Shown: positions 51,791-63,859 of the stretch, piece by piece | How positions within the stretch are numbered: position 1 is the stretch's first letter | How the letters are laid out: each line of letters starts with the position of its first letter | NCBI GenBank assembly: GCA_009103225.1 | Contig: RHPI01002533.1 | Span: 338,841-402,840, forward strand | Reading direction: 5' to 3' | Source of the DNA: Chlorokybus atmophyticus | Taxonomy: Eukaryota; Plantae; Mesostigma and Chlorokybus algae | DNA: 64,000 nucleotides | Position numbers and translations under genes: made by a program | The notes under the pieces: generated by a model | What the model saw: the letters and a program-made list of their open reading frames with translations, nothing else | The model's database searches: none | Told to the model about the DNA's origin: nothing

Positions 51791-53460
51791 TGGGGGCCTT
51801 TTTTCTTGATTCATTAAGTGCTTCACGTAGTGAATCCGACCTTAGTTATCTCACACAAACTTAGCGCAATTAAATTCAAGCTAAATGTTTACAGGTGGCA
51901 ATTCTCGGAATTCACGACATTGCGAATATAGCCAATGCTTCATTAACCAGTTCAACTTATTTGTTCACTTAATCCATTAATAAACTATCACTCAAAACAT
52001 TGCAAAGGGCTTACGCCCTCAGAATTCTCAAGTGCGCGAAGGCGCTTCACCACCCGAGAGTGTTGGCGGCATTGCCTTGAAGGGAGATAAAAAACCCTAC
52101 TCAAGTTCCGATTATGTCCTTAACCTCGATTAGGATGATCCGCCTTTTATATGTGTATTCGCGTCTCCACGAATCCGCATTTCTTTTATAATTGGGTAAT
52201 TCCTACTGCGGGCATGGGAAGCTAGCTAGACTAGTGCTAATATGCGCCAATGCCTTGATGATAATTGCGGCAACTCGCTTGATGTGGAAACTTAAACAAT
52301 AGCGACTTTCAAAGTCGCTGGGATCAAGCAAGTTGCTTAATGCTCCCCGCCTAAAGTTTTAGGGGTATCCTTCTCCCATAGAACAGGTGCTAGGGTCAAT
52401 TCGGTTCTGACCTATTAAACTCGTCGTACCCTAACCTCCTACCGCGGCTTCCCATCACCGCAAGAGGAACGGGATCCCATAAAACCTCGGAACCTAAGTA
52501 GTGATGACGTTTATTTCTATCCTTACCCCTCGAGTTCCAACTTAGGCCTTAGCCTAATTCGCCGTATCTTTGTGGACGAAGCACCTATCACATTGCATCA
52601 ATCTCCTAAGAACATTATTGGCACGCAAAAGGTTGCTCCCAAGTGCAAATGCTACAGCATCCACACACGCCAAGAACCATCTACTCACGCCAAGTACCTT
52701 GTACTAAATAGCGTGAAGATTGGCGTCCATAGAAGGTCTTCACTTTTAGACTTTGTCCTTCATAAGCATGTCCTTGCACACCCGTAACTTCAACTCACTC
52801 GCGACATTCATCACAAGACGGTTGAAGCCTAGTGGTTTCGGTGATGTTATTGGTCTGCTAATCTCATTATGTTTGTATAGGGTTTGCTGGAGGACCAAGG
52901 AGTTGATTTTTCAGGCGCGATTTTTGACGGGCTAGCTGGAGGATTAACCATATGACAACTTTCCTATCCTCAAACGTGCAAATGGGAACTCACAAATGCA
53001 AGCTGCTGCTTCTCGCGACATCACGGACGAGTTATTAGCTGACCACTGATACACTCGAAGCTTACTAAGGCGTACAAACTATCCAGTAGTTTGTTTGAGA
53101 AGGCATCTGTCATCGCGATAGTACTATCTTGGGTACATACCATTCGCGGTACATGTACCATTATAGTTTTCGTAACAAGACACGTCCGAGTAAAGCCCCA
53201 CTTTAAATCTCGGCAGCAATACTTGCTACGAGTAATTACCAAGTGTTCATCCATCTCAATTTTAATCCCATGTTCAGTAGTTAGGCCTAACCGTCTTCTC
53301 TTTTCAGCTAACTAAATGAACTCACTTTATTGGCCGCTTACGACAATGTTTGCTTAGACTTTTATGTCGTATCATGGGTTAGTGGTAGCATAGCTGTCCC
53401 CGCCATATGAGTTATTTATGCCTTAAACGGCTTCTGCCGTCATACGTGAGTTCGCTCACG

Positions 53461-53640
53461 TGTAACGTCTTAAAAGCCACTCGTGTGTGCCTTTCTGACT
53501 TAACACTTAGCGTTTTCACGTGCATATAACTCTTCACAATTTTCAACTTAATAAATACCACCGCTAATCAACCTATTGGTTCATTACTAAAGACTGCATA
53601 ACTACTTGGACTTAGCGTCATTACATTCCTCCCCCTTCCA
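53461..53640 (-). mobile_element. Possible LTR end plus PPT of another retroelement fragment
   Basis: Minus strand reads GGAAGGGGGAGGAA then TGTAATG (boundary 53625). The left boundary at TGTAA 53461 is a guess. Confidence 0.3.
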
Positions 53641-53739
53641 CTTCAAAGCATCCCTGCGTTGATAAACCTGGCAAGCGTACAATGATTAGTCCAACGTCTA
53701 AGCGTATTTCATAGATAGTAGAATGGCACCGGGATTGGA

Positions 53740-55935
53740 AAAAAGTTAAGCAATTACTGAACACATGACGCACCGTCCTATGCTTGAGGAATTCTCTCAA
53801 CAACCTTGAACAATTCAACCTAACGATCGCCTCACAGCTGCTCGGGCTCTCCAACTGTAAAAGAAACTATTCAGCTATTGAAAAGGAGATGCAGGCAGTA
53901 GTGTGGGCTTTTCAATTATTTCATCCTTATGTACACGGCACTGACGTGATTGTAAAAATTGACCACGCTGCTCTGACAACTCTGTTCAAAAAAGCTTAAC
54001 CGCGTGGTAAAGAGGTGCGATGGGCTCGATCAGTGACAGACTTTCACTGCAAGCGTACACATTTACAGTGGTACAGATGAGGCAATGAGCGATAATCTGG
54101 ACGCGGACGCCCTATAAAGATCAGTGACGGCATTATCATGTGCCGCAGTAGATGAGGACAACAATAATGACATGGATAATTGGAGTTGGCCATCATGCCA
54201 GAAACAGCAACAGAGCCAAGTGACGGCACTGAGACAGTGACGGCATCGCGCCAGCTCTTGTGGCAGAGCGTGTGGATTTGACAATCTTGCCACTAGTGAT
54301 AGACCAGGTGCGAGCGGCGCAACAAACAGATGCGTGGTGCAAGCAAATTTTGTTGCGCCACGCATCTCACCCCGGGCTATTTAGCATGTTCACATGAAAC
54401 GCGCCAAACTTTCCATGTGATTGACAATCTGCTGTACTATGGCGAAACCTTAGGCACTAAGGCTGGTAGTATCACTATCATTGCGCAACCAGCACTTGCA
54501 CGCCATGCACGATGCGTAATTGACAGGCGGCCATTTTGGATGAGATGAAACTTTGATGAAGTTGCGCACAAGGTTGCTCTAGCCCAAACTACGCCGCACT
54601 GTACATGACCATGTCATCTCCTGCTATCTCTGTTAAATGCGCAAGGCACAGTCACACCTATCGGCGAGTTCATTGCAGCCTATCGCTATAGCAAAACCAT
54701 TTGAGTTGATTGCGTACGACATTATTGGGCCCCTGCCAGCTTCCACACGCAACAATTATTAATTTATTATGTGCCCGAAATACTTGACTAGATGGGCCAT
54801 TGCCAAGGCAATACCAAAGGCGGGGGCGAATGCAGTGGCTTTATTTAAAATGAATAGTGTCTTTGCAGAACATGGTTGCCCACAGCGCAGTATATCAGAC
54901 CATGAAATGATATTCAAATCACAGGTGATTGCCGCAGTTTGCCAACAGTTAGGCATCCAACAATCATTCACCTCGCCTTACCACCCAGAGACGGCGCATG
55001 CACATGACTTTTAAAAACATGATATTCATGAACTTGAATGCAGATTAATTTAATTGAGACATGGTGCTACATATGATATTAACGGCGTACAGATTCTCAG
55101 TGCATGCTTCTACTCAATGTCTTCATCCAAGGCCTTATATGCCTGAGACCCTACCCTACTAGCAGAAGTGGGTTTCGCATCACCCAATTTAGTTGTGTCT
55201 ATCGCAGCAGGTTGGTTCCGTCTCTTACAACCAACTTTAGACATAGTGCGCACGACAGCAAAATATCACTTAAATCAGGCTGAAACGCATCAGTCACGGG
55301 GGTATGACGCTTTACATCGCCATACAATATACCAAGATAATGACCTTGTGCTGCTGCACACTTCGTCAGTCAAACGGGGTCACAATCATAAGCTGGTACA
55401 TCACTGGACTGGCGCATGTGTCGTACTGTCAAAGAGTTGTAATGTAACCTACAAGCTACCGCGAGCGGACGGGCGCAAGGCAACCACGACGGCCGCTCAC
55501 ATTGGACAAAAAGCCGAACGTCATGCGTGAGGACAATGCTCCGGTTCAGGAGGGAATGATGTAGGAAAATACGCTTGCCTACAAAGTTCACTGGTGTAAT
55601 TCTAGTTACGCTGTATGAGTTACTCACAGCCGCTTTGTAAGGCGGCTGCCGTTAACCAATTGACAGTTGTTGTTGTTTGAACCTTGTGTGCGTCGGTGTA
55701 CGTGTGCTTATACTTGCTGTCGTTGCCAACTGCTACACAGATTTCAGAGGCGGCGCTTCGCACCAGCGATCACACTTGGGCTGTACCCAGCAATAGGCGC
55801 CCTTCAGCTTGGCTTCCAGCTGCTTGCGCTTCGCGCGCAGTAGCTCTTTACTCCTCACCATTGGCACGTTAAAGGCACTAGGCCTAAGCCTTGCTTACTC
55901 CACCCACGGCCTGGCCTTACTGGGTCGTGGCTACT
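53740..55935 (+). mobile_element. Degraded Ty3/gypsy remnant (RNase H, integrase; no chromodomain seen) with probable 3' LTR
   Basis: NYSAIEKEMQAVVWAFQLFHPYVHGTDVIVKIDHAAL; GGHFG..PKL..CYLC; PFELIAYDIIGPLP; KYLTRWAIAKAIP; HGCPQRSISD; FTSPYHPE; HWTGACVV..TYKL. PPT-like AGGAGGGAA at ~55548, then TGTAGG (55560) to GGGTCGTGGCTAC (~55934). Confidence 0.85.
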
Positions 55936-56017
55936 GGCTTGGTCTGGCATGCGATGACGCCCGAGCTTGAGGCAAGCGCACTGCACGTTGAAGTGCGCCC
56001 GCGTTATACGCATGCGA

Positions 56018-56533
56018 TGTAACAGCACCACCGTCGCCGGTGATGCCCTTCAATCCTCTACCCCAACACCCACACCGCCTATGACAAGCCTTTCAGCGGC
56101 GTGGCCGCCACTGAGCAGAGAACTGAAAGTGAGGTCACATCAGTTTGATGTGACCTTTTATATCAAGAGTTTATATCAAATATATACTTGTCGATAATCA
56201 ACTCACAATTAGACATCGACCCTACGGATAGGGTAGTTAGGAAATCTATCGTGAGCCAATCATAGCTCAGATAAGGTACCTATCGAAAGATACCTATCGT
56301 AAGGTACCTAACGAGATAGTGATCACATTTTATCAAATGTGACACTAAATAGGCTTAAGCGGTTCTACACCCATTGGGACTTATCTAAGCTATGATAAGC
56401 ATCATAGCCTTTAAACGCCTTTAAACGAGGAACCGTAGAAAAGAGGTTTAAATAAGCATATTTAGAGTCTTATTCATACAGAATGTGTTATTTAGGTAGC
56501 AATAATACCCCTATTGTTATTGCTCCCGTTACA
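56018..56533 (-). mobile_element. Solo LTR, 516 bp, chromovirus-related
   Basis: TGTAAC..GTTACA termini; 5-bp TSD TGCGA at 56013-56017 and 56534-56538; carries the same CAATCCTCTACCCCAACACC motif as the other LTRs. Confidence 0.85.
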
Positions 56534-57668
56534 TGCGAAGCTGCTCCGGCTAACTGCATATGTTATGTGTGCAGGCACTGTCACCATTCATGTTTTGCTG
56601 ATATTGTACAAGGCTATATTGGTTTACAACTTAAGTAAGCTTGCGAATTTAATTTCACATATGGCTCATGTGTTGCAAGCCATGGCAAGAAGCGTGGAGA
56701 AGTACTAGTCATTACATATCAATTTGTACATTGATAGCTAAAACGTATGTTGGTGTCATACACATATTGATTGTTGTAGGAGTGTAGCTATAACTTACAC
56801 AATTACATTATCTTCAGCACATTGCTTGCAAGATGAACTACAATTGTTAATGCAATGTCGTCATTCGTCCACATACGGCGGGGCTTTGTATACAGCTTGT
56901 TATACTATGTTTGCTGTTCATTTATGTAATCCTTGCAATACATAAATTGCAATGATGATTTGCACAATGTAAACAAACCCACTTATCAATTAAACAAGAT
57001 CTACACTTATCATACTTTATCAGCATTATATTCAGTGACAATCACATAGCATGCGTCTGCCTCCATAACATTTTGCTGCGCCTATCTACCAGCACACAGC
57101 GCAAATCCGTCATTGAGCCTTAAAGGAAGTGCAATCTCAATATAACAATTCTTATAAAAATCCGCTGTATATATCCGCTATAGTGACATATGAACCGAAT
57201 GCAGCACCATCCTGCAACTATGCGAGACAATTACTGTGTTGCAACCATTATGAACGCAAAACATAGTAGTACATGTAGGATAGCAATATATATAAATTTA
57301 TACAAATACATGGCTTCCACTTTGCAAAATAACTGACATGCATGCAATATTCATACCCTATGCATGCAACTTGCAAGCCAACCACGACATTGCAATAACA
57401 ACTTGGTTTCCATCATCAGTGATGGACCATCACTGAAGGTCCATCACCTTATACCGATGTTACAGCGGACACATATTGCACGCAATTAGCCGAGGCGGCT
57501 TCGAACTCGTATAACGCGGGCGCTGCAATGCTCGCCGTCCAGGCGGAGCAAGCAAAGAGGCTCAGGCCTACTCGCCCTGTCTCCTCCTGCCCCAATGGTG
57601 AGGGCGAGACGGGAACCTTGGCGCACGCAGCTGGAGTCCAGCCTGAAGCATGAGAGAACCAGGGATAG

Positions 57669-59905
57669 GCTGGAGGGGGCCTGGTCGGGTCTATCCCGAC
57701 CAAGTGCCGGCGATGGTGCGGGACGCCGCCGCCGCAGCCTGGCCGAGGACGTAAGCGTAAAGGCAAAGCAGCAGCAGCTGAAGCAGCAGCGAAGCAGGCT
57801 GCTGTTGCAGTCAGCTATGGCCTGGACGGTGTGGCCAATGCAGCCAGGTCTGACAGGGTCAGGCCCAAGACAACCACCGCTGTCCTGCCGGGAGAGCTGA
57901 TCAGAGCCATTGGGCAGCACCTGCCCTTCGCCGAGGAGCTCCGCCTCATCCAGGCGCTGCCGGCTGACCTCGCCGTTGAGGGCTGGGCAGGCACGCTCGC
58001 GCTGAAGTGGGCGGCAGCTGTGCCATCGGCGATTGTGCACCGGGACGCAGGTGGGTTGGGTGATACTTCTTGTGTAGAGCGCAATGTGTGCATAAAAGGT
58101 CTCTATGCTACTAATGGCATGCACATAGCTCCCAGCATGGCACAGTGGCAACATGCATGTCGCACAAACAGGCGCAGTCGCAAGCATTCACTCATACACT
58201 GACCACCGGGCTTTGCTACTTACATAGCTAGGAATCCTACTAAGCCAACTAGGCCTACGGCCCAATCCAGTGCACCATGCATGCATGCATCAACATAGTC
58301 AATTACTTGCAACAAGTCACGTCGCGTGTGTAGGCATGCATATAGATTGGGTGCATGGGTTAGGCAGTGCCCAGGCTGTAGTTGTAAGACGATGTTAGTG
58401 CTGGCTGAAACGCATATGGATCTATAAAGCAAGCATCCCCCCCNNNNNNNNNNNNNNNNNNNNNNNNNNNNNNNNNNNNNNNNNNNNNNNNNNNNNNNNN
58501 NNNNNNNNNNNNNNNNNNNNNNNNNNNNNNNNNNNNNNNNNNNCCCCCGCGTGCGTGTGACACAGGTGCGCGCACGCACGTATACAAATGCATGCACATG
58601 CATACATACGCGAGGGCACCATGTGGACACCGACATAAGCACGTCCCAACACGCACACTCATAGACAGGCTCCTGCAGAGTCTAAAGCCATGCACTTGTC
58701 ACCCTGCTTGCAAGCAGATTGTAACTCACTTGCAAGTGTAAACCTTGTTGTTTATTGTCCTGTTCCCCAACTCCACAGGATCAAGCCTTGCGGAGGTCAT
58801 CTGCCTTAGCTGGGAGTTTGAGGGTGACATGCATGACGTCATTGAGGATGTTCTGAGCGCGTTTCTCAGCGGGAGAGAACCTGGCGACGCAAGCCCGGAC
58901 AATGCCCAATGGGTTGTTACTGAACCCAAGCGTGAACCATGGATGGACAGTTATGGTTATGAGAACGGCTATCTCTTCTACGATGGTCACAACTATTGGT
59001 GGCAGACAGCGACAGTGAGAACGAGTACATGTCTGAGGACGAGTACTGGTGTCGTAAGGAGGACCACCCTTATGGAAGTCGAGAATGAGGATGAGGAGGC
59101 GAGGTGTGTGGCACACTGCATGTTGCTGCGTGTGCATGCTTCTTTGCTTGAAGCTTGCAACAATACCCAACAGCGTTTGTTTGTACTGCAGCACCAGTGC
59201 GAGCGCGTTGACATGGCCGTCACATCGCCTGCCATCGGTGTGGCGACGCTGTCTTATGGATGCGTGCATAGAACTGAAGTTGAGCCTGGCCTCGGTGAAG
59301 ACCAATGAAGCAATAGTAACGCGAGCGGAACAACTGTTCCAAGGCAGGCTGTTGAAAGTACTTCCGGACAAGCACATGACCTTCTGCCTCACATGCGAGG
59401 AGGTGAGTGTGATAAGACAAGTTGTGGTTGATTGTGTACTTGCTTTCATGCTTGCGAGTTGCAGTATATAGTATAGTGTGGACAGAAGCCATAACCTTGA
59501 CTCCACCTGCGCCCTGGCTAGTCACACTGCTGAGTCTGAGGCATGCGTGTTCTACACGCCATGGCGTGCGAGGCAGCGGCGTGAGCTGCGTGAGGCGCTG
59601 GCATGTGCGAAGCAGGAGGCGTTGGCGGAGCAGCAAAGGCGCTAGAGAGAGAGATGATGGCGGAGCTGCAAAGGCGCGACAGAGAGACAATGGGGATAAG
59701 CCGCGATGACAGGTTTGCCATGCGGAACCAGTGCGTGTGCGGCAACACGGCATCCGTTCAGTGCGTCATGCAACTATGCGGGCTGTGCTGCAAAGCCCGC
59801 CCTATAGAAGATCGCACGAGCTGTTGCCGTCACGGCACTGGGACATGTGCTTCTATAGTGTGTCTGCAGATGCCAGTGCAACCGTCGGTGCAGGTAACAG
59901 TTTAA
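57669..59905 (+). pseudogene. Paralog copy B of the F-box-like / zinc-finger protein; frameshifted or mis-assembled, spans a gap
   Basis: GRGRKRKGK (NLS-like), VLPGELIRAIGQHLPFAEELRL (F-box-like), LMDACIELKLSLASVK..FCLTCEE|, CVCGNTASVQCVMQLCGLCCKARPIEDRTSCCRH (59732-59833). Frame breaks near 59010 and at an AG-rich 35-nt repeat near 59640. Start codon not identified. Confidence 0.6.
58444..58543. other. 100-N scaffold gap (single Ns also at 4503, 37310 and 60549)
   Basis: Seen directly. Confidence 0.99.
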
Positions 59906-60878
59906 CATAGTGCACATAGGTGGTGACATGTTGTGTTCCCCCACGCACTTGGCGACTGTTGGTGTGAGGAGTGAACAGCCAGTACAAACACTGTCCACAC
60001 TGTTGTGGACAGTATTGGTTGCAGGCAGGCGTTGACAGCGATGAGGCGCAGGTGGGTAACTTGCTGAGGTAAGGTTTGAGGTAGTACATTACACTAGTTG
60101 CGGCGCTAGTGGTGCCCAACAACTTACATGCCTAGGGGCATATATAGTCCTGCAACTTGTTGCGATGGTAGACTGTATAGTTGTGCTGGGATGTTATAAA
60201 GACGCCATTGTAACTTGAAGGTGTGACGCAGTCCATGTGCTCAATCAGCAACACTCGCTGCCGCAATGCTGTGCGATGCGACGACCGGTGGTCAGGTGCA
60301 CGGCACGCGTCATTTGCACGAAGCTCCACTGACTAGGTTGTTGTTGCGGCTCTGCGATTTTGTATCAGTGCGGCAAGCTGACTGTATGCGACTTCCTACG
60401 CCTTCAACTTCAGTGCCATGTTTGTTGAGAAATTATGCCAAACCTGGACATGATCACTGTGTACTTTTGCGCGCGTTTGTCGTGAGCTGCACGCGCATGC
60501 CCTGCAACTGTTCCCGCCTGCGCAAGGGGGGGGGGGGGGGGGGGGGGGNAAGCCAGCACCAGTTGGCCTCACAGCACTCCAGGGTAGTGCGTAGTTGACA
60601 AACGCTGTATAGCGGGCAAGGGGAAGAGGCCCACCTGCGCTGCAGCGCTGGGCCCCTTCTCTTTGCCTGCTGCAACCCCTGCCTGCCGTTTCAGCCACCT
60701 ACACCAATGAAGCCAAGTCGAAATGGTGGTGAAGCAATAATTGCATTAGCAACAGCCCATTATCCCTTAGCGCCATGGCTTATTTCGACTGGAATCGCTA
60801 TGCCCACAATTGCTCAAAATCGTTGATGACACATCATGAGACAGCATGACCACTGTGCAGTGCAGCATAACTGATAGC

Positions 60879-63859
60879 TCAAGTACATATAGGAGGCACC
60901 ATGGATTTCCATCTGCTGCTAGAGTGCCTAGGATGGCCCGGCGGGAACTGCGTGGTCACCTTCCTGCCGCGCTCACCCGCATTCTCTAGGGTCTTCTCAA
61001 ACCCGAGACTGAGCATCTCGTACGCGTGCTTCTTTAGCAGCGCTGCGTGAGCTGGCTGCAGCAGCCCGTACTCCTTTTGCAGCTCCGCAGCAGAACTGTT
61101 GACAAACTTGCGCATGCAACGCACGACGTCCTCGGGATAATCCCTACCCATGACGCCGCCCTTGACGTGGCATCGGTAGTCCAGTACGCGCGTGGCGTCC
61201 CACTTGTATATAGTGCCGTGCTTGATCGTGGACGGCAGGAAGACGGAGTCCACCTCACCGTCAGTGGTGCCGAAGGCCTGGTCATTGTCAATCAGGCGCA
61301 TATTGCTTCGCGTGTCGATGAAGACATTGCCCGGATGGCGATCATACTGCGAGAAGAGCAGGTCGTAGATCGCGGCTCGCTTGAGCGAGTCGTGCGCGAT
61401 GGCGTGAACGACCTTTTTCAGCTGCGCAGATGGCAAGAAGTCGAACATCAACGCGTCGAGGGGCGACCCGGGTGCCACCTCCAGGAACAAACCCTCTTGG
61501 TTGATGGGGAAGCCTGTGACGGGCATGGCTGCGTAGATGTGCTCCCTCCAGACCTTCACCGTGAGATCTGCAAAGCCGCACTCCTCGGCAAGACGCTGCA
61601 TCGCAAGAGTGTAGTTCCAAGCGGTTGCTATCTGCCGGCTCCGCTCGCACTCTTCAACCTGAGTGACGAAAGTGAGTACCTGTCAGTGGCGTTACCTACA
61701 ACACTGGCATGGATTCTTGTGCAGATTGGCTAGGTTGTGTTGGTTGCTGCAAAGCCACCAACACCAACCAAACCGACAAGCACATATGACTTGCAGCGAG
61801 ACCATGCTACAATTTGGCATGCACACAACAATCTAGGAGAATGCAAAGTGGAGGTGTGGACTGTCACCTTCATGTAGTCAATATACTTTGCGGCGTAACT
61901 GAAGACGCCAGGGATGCAAACAAACTTGACAAAAGCGCGTGTTCCGGGCCTAAACTTGCTCTCCGCCTGTAGAATGACAGACCCTGACGTCCCTGTCTGC
62001 TGCGCGAAGTAGTAACCATCAAACTCTGTCTGCGTGGGTGGAGTCGTCACGAGCGTGTCGCACCCAAGGCAGCAGCTGGTCCACACAGGCTGACTCGGCT
62101 CATCCCACCTGTTTAGTTGACAGCATGTTACAACCGCGAGTGCAAAGTTGACCTTGTGGGACAATGCTGGCACAGAAGCAAGTAACCATGCACACGATGT
62201 ATGCTGGGTGATCAGTCTCACCTGACAATTGAACCGTCATCTGTCACATTGTGAAGTGGCCACTCTGCGCACATGGGCCGCAACGTGTATGGGCCCTTAA
62301 AGCGCTGCAGCACCTTGGGCGGCGCGGACTCAATGAGATTGTTGACCAGCACGCGCAAGGGCGGTACGGGCGGCTGCTCGAGCTCGCTCGACGCCAGCCG
62401 CAAGTTGCTCGTCCTGTACAAGTTCTCGCATGAAGCAGGCTTTGGAGGCTGCCACCGCACGAGCGCGCGCAAACCCACGCTGGCCGATGAGCCAACTCCA
62501 CTCGGCAACCCAACGTGAAGCCTTCGGCTCGTTGCGCCGGCTCGCTCCAAAGCCTGCTCAAAGCCCAACTCAAGCATGTCGCGTGCGCGACGCTGAAGAA
62601 TGACCGCTTGGACGCGTGCGTACAGCCCGTACGCGGACTTGAGTTCTTCCGGGCTGAGTGCGATGAACTTTGCCATGCATGCGTGTACTTGAGGTGGGTA
62701 GTTAGTGTCAATGGCGCCGCCTCGGGCATGACACCTGTAGTCGAGCGTGCGCGCGGCGATGTTGCCCTGCAGCTCCGCGTGGCTGAGGGTGGAGGGGAGG
62801 AACACAGAGTTGATCGGACGGAAGGCGTCGTCGTTGTCTATCAATGTCATCACGCCGGACTCCGTGAAGTACACGTCACCGGCGTGTCTGTTTGCCATGG
62901 AGAACAACAGGTCGAATGTTGCCGCTTTGAGCACCTGCATGTCTCAGACTCAGATGCAGCTCTTATCAACGCAGCCTACACAATAGAGCCAGCATTCTAC
63001 TGTGGGCCTGCCAATTGCCAACTTCAACACACAGACAAGGCTACCAGACGAAAATTTGGATGTGTTGGGTTTGTAGCTCTACTCTACATACGGTGCGAGA
63101 ACACATGTCACAGTGGACTTTGCGAGTTGGGACATCCAATGTGGCTACCACAGCATCAACCGAGTGAGCTGATGATTAAAGAGAGTTTTACCTGCTTTGA
63201 GGGCACTCTGGCCAGGAGCCTCTGCAAGGATGCAACAGGGTAGTGTTCGTTTGCGAGCGCGTGCAGCGGGGCGCCGGGCGCGGTCTGCATCCACAGTGCT
63301 TCTTGTCGTATGCGTGCCCCAGTCATCGGCATGGCCGCGTCGATGTCTTCGACCCGCGCTTTAATGATGATGTCCAACAACCCGCACTCTTCTGCAAGGC
63401 GCTGCACGGCGAGGACGGTGACAAGCGTGCGGTTGCGCGCAATGTCCTTCCTGCACGTGGCCGCCTGCTCCTTGTCCTGGTAGTTAACGAACTTCATGCT
63501 GCCACGCTGCTTCACGTGCGGCACGCACATCAACTTCACATACGCCTCGTCGCCGTCGGGCTTTATGGCATACTGGACAACAGATTTGACCTGGACAAAA
63601 CACAGGTGTGGCTATGCTAAACAAAGAACAACAGTCAGCACATCTCAACATCAACCTACTTGAGTGGTGCGCTGCCGGAAAGTGTAGCCGTCGAGCTGAG
63701 TCTGGGGTGGGGGAGTGGTTAAGACCATGTTGCAGCCTATGCAACAGCTGGTCCATGCCGGCCGCTGCAGCTGCGTCCATGCAGCGTACTGGCCTGGTGG
63801 CCCACCTGCCGGACTGTCCACAGCCTGAAGCGGCTGCTCGGCACATAGCGGCTGAGCAC
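60879..63859 (-). CDS. Tandem atypical protein kinase-like protein (PI3K/PI4K-like, Fam20/Four-jointed-like fold): pseudokinase module plus intact module; 5' end not resolved in the window
   Basis: Exons ~63859-63663, 63590-63192, 62934-62222, 62108-61868 and 61679-60879 splice in frame at GT-AG sites. Both modules have WTSCCxGC..DGYxF, AxVKxxCxP, QRLAEECG, APG, DLLFS, LIDNDxAF and LDYRCH. Module 2 has DRHPGN; module 1 has NRHAGD. Confidence 0.82.

Noticed and set aside
51850-53330. AT-rich, hairpin-containing block with short minus-strand ORFs, possibly gag or env of a retroelement
   Set aside because: No diagnostic domain, termini or TSD could be identified. Left as unclassified TE-like DNA.
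60526-60549. Poly-G tract as a G-quadruplex or regulatory element
   Set aside because: It abuts an N, so its length and even its contiguity are unreliable.
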